The notes: generated by a model not told the origin, from the sequence alone. Numbered from the stretch's first letter, positions 34,675 to 45,281 are shown. The stretch: 47,603 bases of DNA from an uncultured Methanosarcinales archaeon (GCA_964587045.1 CAZPJY010000011.1:1-47603), one strand, 5' to 3'. A program made the numbers and translations.

Positions 34675-34819
34675 GATTATCACCTACCATCGAACAAACC
34701 AGAATTAGTCAATCCGACATTTCGGGGGAGTCCCTCATCGTATATAAGGGTTTCGACAATAGTATCCCTATGAGGAAAGTTCAAAAAAAACCCCGCGATT
34801 CCATTATTTGGTGATAGAT

Positions 34820-35386
34820 ATGAAAATGAAAACTGGACTCGTGGCCCTGATGAGCGGCATGATGGTGACCGGAGCGATGGCGTCGAACTCCAATACACCG
34901 GATTCCCATAAGAGCCTCTTTGATCTGAAGAAAAACTTCTCCGAGAGCGTCAAGTTGGTTGACATGTTCGTAGGTAAACATGGCGACCTGTATGAGAAGC
35001 TCAAGAACGCCGCCCCGGACGAACGGCAGCAGGCCTGGCTCGAATACTGGAAACAGTTCGACCCGACCCCTGGGACTGATGAGAACGAGTACCTTGACGA
35101 GTTCAAGGCCAGGGTCGATTTTGTCAACCAGAATTTCTCATCCCACACGAGGAAGGGCTACCTCACCGACATGGGCTTGGTATACATAGCTTACGGCCCT
35201 CCTAATGAGGTCGACCGGTATCCGTTCCGAATGTCAGGCAAGCCCCTGGAAAGGTGGGAGTACTACAAGCCTCTGGGACAAAGCTTGGACCGTGCGTTCA
35301 TTTTCGTCGACCGTGTCGGCACGGATGAGCCCGCCAACTACCAGCTCTGGAACTTAACGGACATGCCCCACTATTTCGAGTACTAA
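34820..35386 (+). CDS. Secreted GWxTD-domain-like protein
   Basis: Signal-like N-terminus; YW...DPTPGT.ENE...EF..RV...N..F....GYLTDMG.VYI.YGPP.EV...W.Y...F.FVD. Confidence 0.82.
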   Translation: MKMKTGLVALMSGMMVTGAMASNSNTPDSHKSLFDLKKNFSESVKLVDMFVGKHGDLYEKLKNAAPDERQQAWLEYWKQFDPTPGTDENEYLDEFKARVDFVNQNFSSHTRKGYLTDMGLVYIAYGPPNEVDRYPFRMSGKPLERWEYYKPLGQSLDRAFIFVDRVGTDEPANYQLWNLTDMPHYFEY

Positions 35387-35652
35387 AAATCTTCCTTGCG
35401 GTACAGTCCGACCTTGAAATCCCGAAGCTCATAAGAGATGAAAGAGTGCCTAGCCAGCTCTATGGTGGCTTCCTCAGAGATGTTGATGTGATAAGCATTC
35501 GGCACCTTCGCCGGGACGACCTGTATGCCTTCAGGTATGCCTGACTTCCTAAGGTGGAAGATCATATCTCCCTGCATGGCTTCGATTGTGTTTCCAACGC
35601 TCATAAGATCGTTGGCTTCTCTATTAGTCAGTTCAATTTGTATTTCTATCAT
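35383..35652 (-). CDS. Hypothetical protein
   Basis: 89-aa ORF, ATGA overlap with the upstream gene. Confidence 0.65.
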   Translation of the reverse strand: MIEIQIELTNREANDLMSVGNTIEAMQGDMIFHLRKSGIPEGIQVVPAKVPNAYHINISEEATIELARHSFISYELRDFKVGLYRKEDF

Positions 35653-36047
35653 TGTTTCACCTTGAGTAAATCATCAATTGATATCAGCTTTACCTCTTCC
35701 ATCAGGTAGATTCCTGAAGTCTTCATCCGATATCCCCAATTACTTTCGCTGTTGAGGAGCGGGCTTTTCAGAGCGGCAGTAAAGCTCCTCGTCAATGTCC
35801 CATGGTATCTCATCATGTATTTCATCAGTCCCCTTGCAGAGCCGGGCGTGCGGCATACCCAGATGCCCCCCCAATCTTTGTCATCTGCGGCTATCTTATC
35901 TTCTGGGAGCATTATCCATTCCCCTACCTTGTAGGTCATGATGTTTGGGTTGTTGCGAAGCCCGAGGGAACGCATGTCTTCAGTCAGGACACGGTATCCC
36001 ATCAGGTACCTTTCGCCATCCAGGGAAGTCTCCTGTATTCTTACCAT
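35649..36047 (-). CDS. Hypothetical protein
   Basis: 132-aa ORF with TTTTAATA upstream; GYRV...Y.VGEW...GGIWVC pattern. Confidence 0.7.
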   Translation of the reverse strand: MVRIQETSLDGERYLMGYRVLTEDMRSLGLRNNPNIMTYKVGEWIMLPEDKIAADDKDWGGIWVCRTPGSARGLMKYMMRYHGTLTRSFTAALKSPLLNSESNWGYRMKTSGIYLMEEVKLISIDDLLKVKQ

Positions 36048-36121
36048 ATGTTGACGGCGAAAACAGGGAATATTAAAAGGTTACCCATAGATTATTATAA
36101 AATGGGTTCCAACTGACTGTT

Positions 36122-36454
36122 ATGAACAAATACCTGTTGTGGATTCCAAGGGTCCTCGGCATAGCGTTCGCCGTCTTCATTAGCATCTTTGCGCTCGACG
36201 TCTTCGGAGAAGGCTCGGGCTTCTGGATAACCTTGGTGGCTCTGCTGATTCACCTGGTGCCAACTTACCTTATAGTCGCTGCTATAATAATTTCCTGGAA
36301 GTGGCCGAAGGTAGGGGGCTGGATTTGGATCGCATTGGGGCTTTTGTACTTAGCTATGGCCGGCGGCAAGGTCCACTGGTCGGCGCTTGTCCTGCTGCCC
36401 GCTCCTGCAATAATAATAGGGATACTTTTCCTCCTGCAGTCCCAAAGGAAATAA
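36122..36454 (+). CDS. Small 4-TM membrane protein
   Basis: Four hydrophobic segments; WIPRVL...FALDVF. Confidence 0.8.
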   Translation: MNKYLLWIPRVLGIAFAVFISIFALDVFGEGSGFWITLVALLIHLVPTYLIVAAIIISWKWPKVGGWIWIALGLLYLAMAGGKVHWSALVLLPAPAIIIGILFLLQSQRK

Positions 36455-36485
36455 TTATTTATACTTCCCCTCTTCCTTGAGACCA

Positions 36486-36899
36486 ATGATGATTACCCTA
36501 TGTGCGAGCACGACGCATTACAAGAAGCTGCACGGCATCGCAGACTCCCTGAAACAGAGGGGATACAAGGTCCTGCTTCCGAGCATGGTCGACTACAAGC
36601 ATCTCGAGGAGAGAGCTCTCGCTAAGATCCAGAGAGGGCTCATACTGGACCATTTCGGCAAGATAGACCGTTCTGACGCCATATACGTTGCCAACTACGA
36701 AAAGAAAGGCATCCCAGGCTACATCGGCGCCAATGTGCTGATGGAGATCAGCCACGCCCTGTACAAGGGTATACCCGTATTCCTCGCCTTCCCACTTCCA
36801 GACATCGAGTTCCACAGGGATGAGCTACTGGCGATGAGCCCGATCGTCATCGGCCAGGACTGGGACCTGCTCGACAAGTACTTCGAAAACCATAAATAG
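36486..36899 (+). CDS. Nucleoside 2-deoxyribosyltransferase-like fold protein
   Basis: ITLCAS...G..V..P...HF.KI..SDAIYV.N...GYIG.....EI..A. Confidence 0.65.
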   Translation: MMITLCASTTHYKKLHGIADSLKQRGYKVLLPSMVDYKHLEERALAKIQRGLILDHFGKIDRSDAIYVANYEKKGIPGYIGANVLMEISHALYKGIPVFLAFPLPDIEFHRDELLAMSPIVIGQDWDLLDKYFENHK

Positions 36900-36921
36900 G
36901 CGACGGCATTCTTGACCTGTC

Positions 36922-37398
36922 ATGAAAACCATCATAGTCTATTACTCATTCGAAGGCAATACGAGGTTCATAGCTGAGACCCTCGCCAAGACCCTGCGGG
37001 CCGACCTGCTTGAGCTCATGCCAAAGGAGGACGTCTCCAGCAAGGGGTTCATGAAGTATGTCTGGGGAGGAAGGCAGGCAATGCAGAAGGTCGAGCCTGA
37101 GCTCAAGCCCCTTGACAAGAACCCTGACGGTTATGAGCGCATCATAATTGGTTCTCCTGTGTGGGCATGGACTTTCGCACCTGCCCTTCGGACATTCTTC
37201 AGGCACTCCAACTTCAAGGGAAAGAAGGTTGCCATCTTCCTCTGCCATGGTGGAGGTCCTGGTAAAGCAATGGAGAAGACCAAGAACGAGCTTGAGGGCA
37301 ACAAGATCGTGGGCGAAATCCTATTTGAGGAGCCGTTGCAGGACAAGAAAGCGAACAAGCAAAAGGCGATCGCGTGGACAAAAAGCCTTAAAGCCTAA
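36922..37398 (+). CDS. Flavodoxin
   Basis: YYSFEGNTR.IA, IIIGSPVWA, F.CHGG. Confidence 0.92.
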   Translation: MKTIIVYYSFEGNTRFIAETLAKTLRADLLELMPKEDVSSKGFMKYVWGGRQAMQKVEPELKPLDKNPDGYERIIIGSPVWAWTFAPALRTFFRHSNFKGKKVAIFLCHGGGPGKAMEKTKNELEGNKIVGEILFEEPLQDKKANKQKAIAWTKSLKA

Positions 37399-37417
37399 TT
37401 TCTTATAGGATTCCTGC

Positions 37418-37915
37418 ATGAAAACTCTCATAGCCGGCATCCTAAGCCTACTGGCCGGATGCGGGATCCCCGGTCAACAAGATGTGCCGGCAAAGGAGGT
37501 GATGCAGATGCAAACATTGGATTTCACACTTAGTGATATGGAAGGAATGCAGGTCACCCTCAGCTCGCTCCTACATGAGACTCCTGCAGTCTTGGACTTC
37601 TGGGCCACATGGTGCGGCCCGTGCAGGATTTCCATGCCTCATCTGGACAATCTCAGGAAGCAGTACGAAGGGAAGGTGAATTTCCTAGCCATCAACCTGG
37701 ATCAGAACCCCTCTGTTGTGCGTCCATTCGTGGAGCAGGCTGGATACGGGCTCCAAGTCCTCTTGGACACTGATGGCAGGGTGGCAGCGCAGTACGGAGT
37801 GAGGGGAATCCCAACGACTTACCTCATAGACAAGGAAGGAAGCGTCGCATACCATTATATGGGTGCTGGAACAGAGAAGAGCCTGGAGAAGGCCATTCAG
37901 AGCGTCCTGCGATGA
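37418..37915 (+). CDS. TlpA-family thiol-disulfide reductase, lipoprotein-like
   Basis: LLAGC lipobox; DFWATWCGPC; YGVRGIPTTYLID. Confidence 0.92.
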   Translation: MKTLIAGILSLLAGCGIPGQQDVPAKEVMQMQTLDFTLSDMEGMQVTLSSLLHETPAVLDFWATWCGPCRISMPHLDNLRKQYEGKVNFLAINLDQNPSVVRPFVEQAGYGLQVLLDTDGRVAAQYGVRGIPTTYLIDKEGSVAYHYMGAGTEKSLEKAIQSVLR

Positions 37916-38388
37916 CCCCCAATTGAGACCCTGTAAGTAACATTGTCAGGGGAGTGTTCCGGCGGCCAGCCCCAAATCAATCTGATGCCGATCTGCTTCA
38001 TCATATGGTCGACATCTACGCCGTAGGCCTCGGGGCTGTCTGTGACCATGTCAATCCCAGTTGAGGCAAGCGCGTTCTCTTCCTCTCCTCTGTGCAGCCT
38101 CCTCGCTATGCCCTGCCAGTATCTTGGGTTGTAGCACTGCCTGTTGTTCCATTCCGGGTGCCTCACTCTCATTCGCTCGGCAAACTCCCCCACCTTGTAA
38201 GCTGTGTAAATGACGTAGAGACCGCTGTTGAAGTCGAAGACCTCAGAGAGCAACGGCTGGCCTGGAGGACATGTGCTCTTATAATTGAAGTTGGGGCATC
38301 CGCGGGGATGCCCGTGGTAAGGGAGTCTGCACAGTCCATGGACAGCCCGGGATATATGAAGAATTCCTGGGTCGATTGGAGTTATCAT
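37897..38388 (-). CDS. Predicted metal-binding protein (DUF2284-like)
   Basis: C...GCPNF....CPP and PEA.GVDV motifs. Confidence 0.65.
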   Translation of the reverse strand: MITPIDPGILHISRAVHGLCRLPYHGHPRGCPNFNYKSTCPPGQPLLSEVFDFNSGLYVIYTAYKVGEFAERMRVRHPEWNNRQCYNPRYWQGIARRLHRGEEENALASTGIDMVTDSPEAYGVDVDHMMKQIGIRLIWGWPPEHSPDNVTYRVSIGGHRRTL

Positions 38389-38420
38389 CCATACGCAGCC
38401 ACAAATGGTTATTAATAAAG

Positions 38421-39014
38421 CTATCCTGGGGTAAGATGGTCACTCGAGTCATGTTCGACGAGCAGGCACTTCCCGTCATCACCGATAATGTACTCTGTGT
38501 AGGATGCCGGCCCTACCTGCGTCAGCTTGACCGCGTCCTCGATGGGCATGCCCCTTATTATCCCTTCTAAGAGCATTATCGATCCCCCATGCCCGACGGC
38601 CAGCACGGTCTCGCTGGAATAAGCGTTGAGGATTGATGAGTAGAAGTCCTTGAGCCTCTCCCAGACCTCTTTGTAGCTTTCCCCGCCTCCGGCACGCGTC
38701 GATAGGTCGGAGAAATCGTCGGATTTCCCTGTCATCGAAGGCTTGCCGTCGAAAGTGCCAGCCGTCCTCTCCCTGAGGCGCTTGTCAGGGATGAACCTTG
38801 CCTCCTCGTGGTATTTTGCGATCTCCTTTGCGGTGTTGAGCGACCTTGCTAGGTCTGAGGTATAAATCGTATCTATATGCATATCCTTCAGGCGCGTTGC
38901 CAGCTTCCTGGCCTGCTCCCATCCTTCCCTTGACAGCGTGCCAGGAGACCAGCCCTGGTGGATCCCCTTGATGTTCTCTTCGGTGATGCCATGCTTGGTT
39001 AGTATCAGCTTCAT
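38421..39014 (-). CDS. Histidine phosphatase family protein (phosphoglycerate mutase-like)
   Basis: LILTKHG.T, G..QA, SDLAR...TA, LRER..G..DG, GGES, VGHGG; RHG is replaced by KHG. Confidence 0.88.
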   Translation of the reverse strand: MKLILTKHGITEENIKGIHQGWSPGTLSREGWEQARKLATRLKDMHIDTIYTSDLARSLNTAKEIAKYHEEARFIPDKRLRERTAGTFDGKPSMTGKSDDFSDLSTRAGGGESYKEVWERLKDFYSSILNAYSSETVLAVGHGGSIMLLEGIIRGMPIEDAVKLTQVGPASYTEYIIGDDGKCLLVEHDSSDHLTPG

Positions 39015-39097
39015 AAGGGTTGGTTGAACCATTTATTACTTAAATTGTTGCCTTAAAAAAACATATTTTCAAACAACCTCCTCTTTAGCTGTAACAC

Positions 39098-39512
39098 ATG
39101 GCCCGCCTCATCAAAAACTCTCTTGAGAAGGCCGGACTGGTCCCTGCACGAGGTCATCAGCACCCTTCAGCGTGACACATCCAAATTGATCTCAACCCAA
39201 CCCTTCCTAAAGGACCTCCACGACCACGTTTTCCAATCGATCGACACTGTCGAGACATGCAGGGAGATGGTCTCCAGCATGCAGGACCTCTACTTATCGA
39301 GCGTCTCCAACAGGATAAATGAGGTCATGAAGGTGCTGACCATCTTCGCTGCGATATTCATACCTTTGACTTTCATGGCAGGTATATACAGCATGAATTT
39401 TGACTTCATGCCTGAGCTCCACTGGAAATGGTCCTACCTCGTGCTGTGGGTATTGATACTCATCGTCGGAGGAAGCATGCTCCTATATTTCAGGAAGAAG
39501 CGTTGGCTCTAG
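39098..39512 (+). pseudogene. corA: corA Mg/Co transporter remnant with a large internal deletion and frameshift
   Basis: ATG 39098 gives MARLIKNSLEKAGLVP (CorA N-terminus-like), then stops; the +1 frame gives LHEVIS...YLSSVSNRINEVMKVLT...PLTF.AGIYSMNF..MPEL.W. The GMN motif reads SMN. Confidence 0.8.
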
Positions 39513-40507
39513 CCAAAAGTGAACGAGTTGAAGGTGAACCCGGCAGGAACCTCGAGCCGCAGCACCATACGGCCGTAATCGCCCTCATAGACGTTGTACA
39601 GGTTGGGCTCGCCGACAACTACTTCTCCTTGGTCCGTCCCGTCTATGAAAACCCTCATATTGGTTATATTACCAGACGGGGCAGCCACTATGTTCGCCTC
39701 TGAGCCCAGGAAGTTGAGGATGATTGCACCGTCGCTCTCTGCCTCGAGGTGATCCTCGGCAGACAGCCATGTGCCCTCTAGGTAAATCATATCCTCCTTG
39801 TATGAGTCGCTAGCTGGGTAGGTAAACTCCTCTTTCGGCCGCAATCCTCCCTCGTTGCCCAGGTCCTGCTGCCTTGGTATCATATACTGCCAGCCGGCGT
39901 ACAGCTCGGGCGTTTGAAGCATCAAGGATTCTGTTCCGGTATCAGCAGAAACCATAACATCGACTTTCTTTCCCGCTTCCCTAAGGAGCTTTTGGATCCA
40001 CTGCTCGGTCTCCTGGTACGCGCCTTCCCCTATGTGGTCGTAGCGTATCACTCCTTCGGCGTCGATGAGGTATTTGCGAGGCCAGTACCTGTTGCCAAAA
40101 GCCCGCCAAGTGGCGTAGTCGTTGTCGAGCACCACCGGGTACTCTATGCCGTGCTCCCTCACTGCCATCAGGACATTCGCGTATTTCTTCTCGAAGGCGA
40201 ACTCTGGTGTGTGCACTCCGATGATGACAAGTCCCATGTCACGGTATTTCTTGTCCCACTGAACCAGGTAGGGGAGGGTGCGGATGCAGTTGATGCAGGA
40301 ATAGGTCCAGAAGTCCACGAGGACAACTTTGCCGCGGTTCTGAGCGATGGTTATGTAATCTGTATTGATGTAGCCGACAATGTCTGTGAGCTCCGGCGCC
40401 GTCTCCCTGTCCTGCGGGGCTACTGCAGGAGCCCTCACACTCTCTAGGTAGATTATGGCCAGCACGATGACCGCCAGCACCAGTACAAGAGTTATGTTCC
40501 TGTTCAT
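39509..40507 (-). CDS. Membrane-anchored redoxin (DipZ C-terminal-like)
   Basis: N-terminal TM; DFWTYSCINC, GVHTPEF.FEK, N.YWP..YLID, GEG.Y, TPELY.G, FTFG. Confidence 0.9.
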   Translation of the reverse strand: MNRNITLVLVLAVIVLAIIYLESVRAPAVAPQDRETAPELTDIVGYINTDYITIAQNRGKVVLVDFWTYSCINCIRTLPYLVQWDKKYRDMGLVIIGVHTPEFAFEKKYANVLMAVREHGIEYPVVLDNDYATWRAFGNRYWPRKYLIDAEGVIRYDHIGEGAYQETEQWIQKLLREAGKKVDVMVSADTGTESLMLQTPELYAGWQYMIPRQQDLGNEGGLRPKEEFTYPASDSYKEDMIYLEGTWLSAEDHLEAESDGAIILNFLGSEANIVAAPSGNITNMRVFIDGTDQGEVVVGEPNLYNVYEGDYGRMVLRLEVPAGFTFNSFTFG

Positions 40508-40508
40508 C

Positions 40509-41195
40509 TTAAAAACCAATAAAGTATGAAGCCAAATTAAGGTTATTCGTGAAGACCAGCACCCCTAGTATCAGCAGCAGTATCCCGACGACGAGGTTGA
40601 AGTATTTCAGGAAACGCTGCGAGCGGTTTATCAGCTCGATCGCCTTGCCGGTGAACAGCCCCACTATGAGGAAAGGTATGCCAAGACCAAGCGAATAGAC
40701 CATCAGCAGCACGAAGGCGAGTCCAGGCTGGGATATAGCGAGCGCCAGCACGCTCCCGAGCACGGCGCCTACGCAGGGGCTCCAACCTACAGCGAAAGCT
40801 GCGCCGAACAGGAATGAGGTTAAGTACGTTATCGAGAATCTCTTCCTGACCCGCAGCTTGTGCTCCTTTTCGAGGAACTTGAGCCTGATCAGACCCAGTA
40901 TGTACAGGGCGAAAAGTATGATTATGACTCCGCCGATGCGGCTAAGCCAGATCTGAACGTCGTATGAGACCGCTTCTAAGACAGTATTGAGGAGCACGCC
41001 CAACAAGGCAAAGACGAGTGAGAACCCAAGCACGAACGAGAGGGAGTTGAGGAACATTTTAGTCCGGTTATCCGTCTCTCCAGCAGAAGTCCCGGAGAGG
41101 TAGGAGAGGAACCCTGGGATGAGAGGGAGTACGCAAGGGGATAAGAAGGATATTATTCCGGCAAGGAATGCAGCGAAAAGCGTTATGTCTGCCAT
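40509..41195 (-). CDS. ccdA: CcdA/DsbD transmembrane disulfide-reduction protein
   Basis: SFLSPCVLPLIP and GWSPCVG motifs, 6 TM helices. Confidence 0.92.
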   Translation of the reverse strand: MADITLFAAFLAGIISFLSPCVLPLIPGFLSYLSGTSAGETDNRTKMFLNSLSFVLGFSLVFALLGVLLNTVLEAVSYDVQIWLSRIGGVIIILFALYILGLIRLKFLEKEHKLRVRKRFSITYLTSFLFGAAFAVGWSPCVGAVLGSVLALAISQPGLAFVLLMVYSLGLGIPFLIVGLFTGKAIELINRSQRFLKYFNLVVGILLLILGVLVFTNNLNLASYFIGF

Positions 41196-41197
41196 TT

Positions 41198-41650
41198 TCA
41201 GATGTCAGAAAGCTCCTCCAGGTATCTCTCCTTCGTCCAGGTGTCAGGCGCCTTCAGCACGCGCTCGCCGTCCTTTATCACGACCTTGGTGTGCTGGTAC
41301 GATATGCCGAACTCCCTTGCGAGCGACTCCTCCAACTCGCTGGTCTCGCTGTCCTTGTAGTTGACGCGGAAACCGATGATGTTGGGGTCGTCGAGCTCGG
41401 CAAAAGCTGCTTCAGTGTCAGCCTGCTCAGCCTCGCATGTCGGGCACCAGTTGGAGTAGAAGTACAAGACGACTGTCTTGCCCTCGCCAAGCGCCTGTTC
41501 GTATTCTGCCTGCGTGAACTCCTTGTAAGGCGTGACCGAACCGGCTAGCAACTCGGCGGAATCGGCTGTCGCCACGCCTTGGGGCTTGCATCCCGCCAGC
41601 AGGATCAAAGCGGACAAGAGTATGATTAGATAAGTTCTCATGGGAGGCAT
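41198..41650 (-). CDS. Thioredoxin-family lipoprotein
   Basis: LLAGC lipobox; FYSNWCPTC; GISYQHT. Confidence 0.88.
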   Translation of the reverse strand: MPPMRTYLIILLSALILLAGCKPQGVATADSAELLAGSVTPYKEFTQAEYEQALGEGKTVVLYFYSNWCPTCEAEQADTEAAFAELDDPNIIGFRVNYKDSETSELEESLAREFGISYQHTKVVIKDGERVLKAPDTWTKERYLEELSDI

Positions 41651-41687
41651 TGCTAAAAGAAGGTTTAAAAAAGTGATGTTTAACTCT

Positions 41688-43634
41688 TCAGATTAGCAGA
41701 GGCAACATGATTAGGGAGACAATCGACATCAGTTTTAGTAGGATGTTGATGGCAGGTCCGGCTGAGTCCTTTGCTATGTCACCGACCGTATCCCCTATAA
41801 CCGCCGCTTTGTGGGGATCTGACCCCTTCCCGCCGAAGTTGCCCTTCTCGATGAACTTCTTTGCGTTGTCCCACGCGCCGCCAGAGTTCGCCATGAACAG
41901 TGCCATCATGACGCCGGAAGCGAGTGCCCCGGCGAGTAACCCTCCGACCGCTTCGACCCCGAGCAGCAATCCTATGGTAACTGGCATCACGACCGCGAGC
42001 AGCCCGGGCACAACCATCTCCTTGAGCGCTCCTCGAGTTGCGATATCGACGCATTTCGCGCTGTCAGGCTTCGCCTCCCCTTCCATCAGCCCCTTGATGG
42101 TCCTGAACTGCCTTCTGACTTCCTCAATCATCTTGAAGGCTGCGCTCCCGACCGCCTTATAGATGAATGAACTGAACAGGAAAGGCAACATGCCGCCGAT
42201 GAGCAGGCCGATAATCACGCCCGGATTGGTTAGAGAAATGGTGGAAATCCCAGATCCCTCCGCAAACGCACTAAAAAGGCCTAAAGCCGTCAAGGCGGCC
42301 GAGCCGATAGCGAAGCCCTTTCCCATAGCTGCAGTCGTGTTCCCGACAGAATCGAGCGCATCGGTGCGTGCCCGGACATCCTTGCCAAGATTTGCCATCT
42401 CAGCGATGCCGCCGGCGTTGTCCGCAACCGGCCCGTAGGCATCGACAGCAAGGCTTATGCCAAGTGTTGACAGCATCCCCACAGCCGCAATGGCGATGCC
42501 ATAAAGTCCCGAGGATTGGTAGGCTATGTAGATGGCGATAACGATGACCAGCACGGGCAATGCCGTGCTCTGCATGCCCAAAGCGAGCCCTTCAATCACA
42601 TTAGTCGCCGGCCCAGTCTTCGAAGCCTCTGATATGGCCCTCGTCGGCTTGAAGTCGAAAGACGTGTAGTATTCTGTGAGCAGACCTATGAGCACTCCGG
42701 CAATCAGTCCGGCGATGATGGAAACGAAGACCCCCATGTCGCCGAGCATCGTCTTGGAAAGCACAAAGCTCAGGATTATGACCAGAACGCTTGCAGCGAA
42801 CAGACCGTTGCGAAGGGCTAAGTGCAGCTTGCTATCATCATTGGTCCGAACGAAGAGCATGCCCACAAGCGAGCTTAGAATGCCTGCTGCGGCTATCAGC
42901 AGCGGGAACATAACGTACGTTGCTCCGAGCGCGACGCCCAGTGCCATGGTGGCGATTATGCTCCCAACATAGCTCTCGAACAGGTCTGCGCCCATGCCGG
43001 CCACGTCACCCACGTTGTCGCCGACGTTGTCTGCGATCACGGCTGGGTTGCGCGGGTCGTCCTCAGGGATGCCCGCCTCGACCTTCCCTACTAGATCGGC
43101 GCCGACGTCTGCCGCCTTCGTGTAGATTCCTCCGCCCACACGCGCGAACAGGGCAATGGAAGACGCGCCGAAGCCGAAGCCGAAGATGATGGCAGGGTCC
43201 TTGAATATTGAGTAGAGTATGTAGATACCCAGAACGCCGAAGCCGACGACGGAGAGTCCTGTGACAGAACCGCTTAGGAAGGCTACGCGCAATGCTGCCT
43301 TCAGGGATTTTGTGGCTGCCTGGGCTGTTCTCACATTCGCCTTGGTAGCTATCGACATCCCTATGAACCCGGCAGTTGCTGAGCAAACCGCTCCCACGAT
43401 ATAGCTCAAGGCTGTCGGCACGTTGATGAAGATTGCGAGGAGAACGAATACGGCTATGGCGAAGGCCGAGAGAATCAGGTATTCCCTGCGCAGGAACGCC
43501 ATCGCTCCCTTGTGGATGAGGCGGGCGATGTCCTGCATGGTCTCGTTGCCAGCGTCCTTCTTGGTGATGACCCAGCTAATGAGAAATGCCGTCACGAGCG
43601 CAAGGGCTCCAAGGATTGGTATTGCGACTTCCAT
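41688..43634 (-). CDS. hppA: Membrane-bound cation-translocating pyrophosphatase, K+-dependent type
   Basis: [46 protein letters not shown] (Ala = K+-dependent), [15 protein letters not shown]. Confidence 0.96.
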   Translation of the reverse strand: MEVAIPILGALALVTAFLISWVITKKDAGNETMQDIARLIHKGAMAFLRREYLILSAFAIAVFVLLAIFINVPTALSYIVGAVCSATAGFIGMSIATKANVRTAQAATKSLKAALRVAFLSGSVTGLSVVGFGVLGIYILYSIFKDPAIIFGFGFGASSIALFARVGGGIYTKAADVGADLVGKVEAGIPEDDPRNPAVIADNVGDNVGDVAGMGADLFESYVGSIIATMALGVALGATYVMFPLLIAAAGILSSLVGMLFVRTNDDSKLHLALRNGLFAASVLVIILSFVLSKTMLGDMGVFVSIIAGLIAGVLIGLLTEYYTSFDFKPTRAISEASKTGPATNVIEGLALGMQSTALPVLVIVIAIYIAYQSSGLYGIAIAAVGMLSTLGISLAVDAYGPVADNAGGIAEMANLGKDVRARTDALDSVGNTTAAMGKGFAIGSAALTALGLFSAFAEGSGISTISLTNPGVIIGLLIGGMLPFLFSSFIYKAVGSAAFKMIEEVRRQFRTIKGLMEGEAKPDSAKCVDIATRGALKEMVVPGLLAVVMPVTIGLLLGVEAVGGLLAGALASGVMMALFMANSGGAWDNAKKFIEKGNFGGKGSDPHKAAVIGDTVGDIAKDSAGPAINILLKLMSIVSLIMLPLLI

Positions 43635-43660
43635 CGGGAAGCTTATGGGCCTTGGATTTT

Positions 43661-45172
43661 TTAATATTTTCGGACTTTCCGCGGTAGGGAGTAGTTCGGG
43701 GCCTCTTTGACTATTTCAATGCTGTGCGGGTGCGACTCGACGCTCCCCGCGTTGGTAATGAACTTGAACTCTGCCTTGGTCCTCAGATCCTCAATCGTGC
43801 GCGAACCTGTGTAACCCATCCCTTTCCTGAGTCCGCCCTCATACTGGATGAGCACGGCAGCAAGCGGTCCCCGGTAGGGTACTTCTCCTTCGATGCCCTC
43901 AGGCACCAGGTTGTCTTTATCGACCTGGCTGTACCTCTCCCTTGAGCCCTCGTGCTCCTTCATCGCTCCAAGCGAGCCCATACCCCTGTATGCTTTTACC
44001 CAAGCACCATTCTTGAAGATGAACTCGCCGGGTGACTCGACAGTGCCTGCCAAGAGGTTTCCTAGCATGACAGAATGTGCGCCTGCTGCTATGGCCTTTG
44101 GTATATCACCTGAGAACCTGATTCCCCCGTCGGATATCACAGGCACGTCTGAGCCCTCTATTGCCATAGCGCATTCTGCCACAGCGGTAATCTGGGGTAT
44201 GCCTATTCCACTGACCTTCCGCGTCGTGCATATTGATCCGCCGCCCTGGCCTGGCTTTATCGCGTCGGCCCCAGCTTCGACGAGGCGCTTGGCAGATTCG
44301 GGGTTGGAAATGTTGCCGACAATCACATCCAAGTTGGGGTATGCCCTTTTGATCTCGACCAGGGTATTGTATATGTTGACATGGTCAGCATGCGCAGTGT
44401 CGATGACGACGCAGTCCACCTTCCTCCTCACGAGATGCTCCAGGCGCTCGAGCGCGGAGTCACCCACGCCTATCGCTGCGGCGACGCGCAGCTGGCCGTT
44501 ATTGTCCAGGTTGTACTTGGACGAGCTTCCGGTCTTCACGCCTTTGAGGTCCTTGAAGGTGTACATCCCGACTATCTTCCTGCTCTTGGTCAGGAGAGGC
44601 AGGACCTTGACCCTTTGACGGAGCATGATTTTGTATGCCTCATCAGGTGCTGTTCTGGGCTCTGCCCATATCACCTTGCTAGTCATAATCTCCCTCGCTG
44701 GAAGGGAATAATCTATGCAGAAGTCGAAGTCGTTGCCTGTGAGTACGCCCACCAGCTTTCCGTCGCCGTTCACTACCGGGAAGCTCGAGAATGTGTAGCC
44801 TTTGACCTGTTTCATGTTCAGTATAGATTCGATGGTGTCAATATCGCGGACCGTTATCGGCCGCTCCACCTTCGCGTTCATGTGCTTCTTTACCCTGTCC
44901 ACATGGCGGGCCTGCTCGCCAGCAGTGTTGTTCTTGTGAATCACCCCTATCCCCCCTGCAAGCGCCATGGAAATACCCATCTGGTATTCGGTCACGGTGT
45001 CCATTGCAGCGCTCGCTATCGGCAGCTTAAGTGGAATGTTACGGGAGAACATGGTGGTTATATCGGCCTCGTGCGGCATGACCTCTGAGTAGGTCGTCAC
45101 GAGAGTCACATCATCAAATGTTAGGGCAAACCCTTCCTCAGCCCTCTTTTTAAAGAATGTGTTCTTGTCCAT
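43661..45172 (-). CDS. guaB: IMP dehydrogenase with CBS pair
   Basis: [54 protein letters not shown]. Confidence 0.96.
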   Translation of the reverse strand: MDKNTFFKKRAEEGFALTFDDVTLVTTYSEVMPHEADITTMFSRNIPLKLPIASAAMDTVTEYQMGISMALAGGIGVIHKNNTAGEQARHVDRVKKHMNAKVERPITVRDIDTIESILNMKQVKGYTFSSFPVVNGDGKLVGVLTGNDFDFCIDYSLPAREIMTSKVIWAEPRTAPDEAYKIMLRQRVKVLPLLTKSRKIVGMYTFKDLKGVKTGSSSKYNLDNNGQLRVAAAIGVGDSALERLEHLVRRKVDCVVIDTAHADHVNIYNTLVEIKRAYPNLDVIVGNISNPESAKRLVEAGADAIKPGQGGGSICTTRKVSGIGIPQITAVAECAMAIEGSDVPVISDGGIRFSGDIPKAIAAGAHSVMLGNLLAGTVESPGEFIFKNGAWVKAYRGMGSLGAMKEHEGSRERYSQVDKDNLVPEGIEGEVPYRGPLAAVLIQYEGGLRKGMGYTGSRTIEDLRTKAEFKFITNAGSVESHPHSIEIVKEAPNYSLPRKVRKY

Positions 45173-45281
45173 TGTCAGACCTCCATGGATTTCAGAAGTG
45201 CTGCTGCCATGATGGGCTGATTAGCCACTTATTATTGAATCTTTCGGCAGCTATAAAAATAAGCAGATTCTCCGTCAGGCC

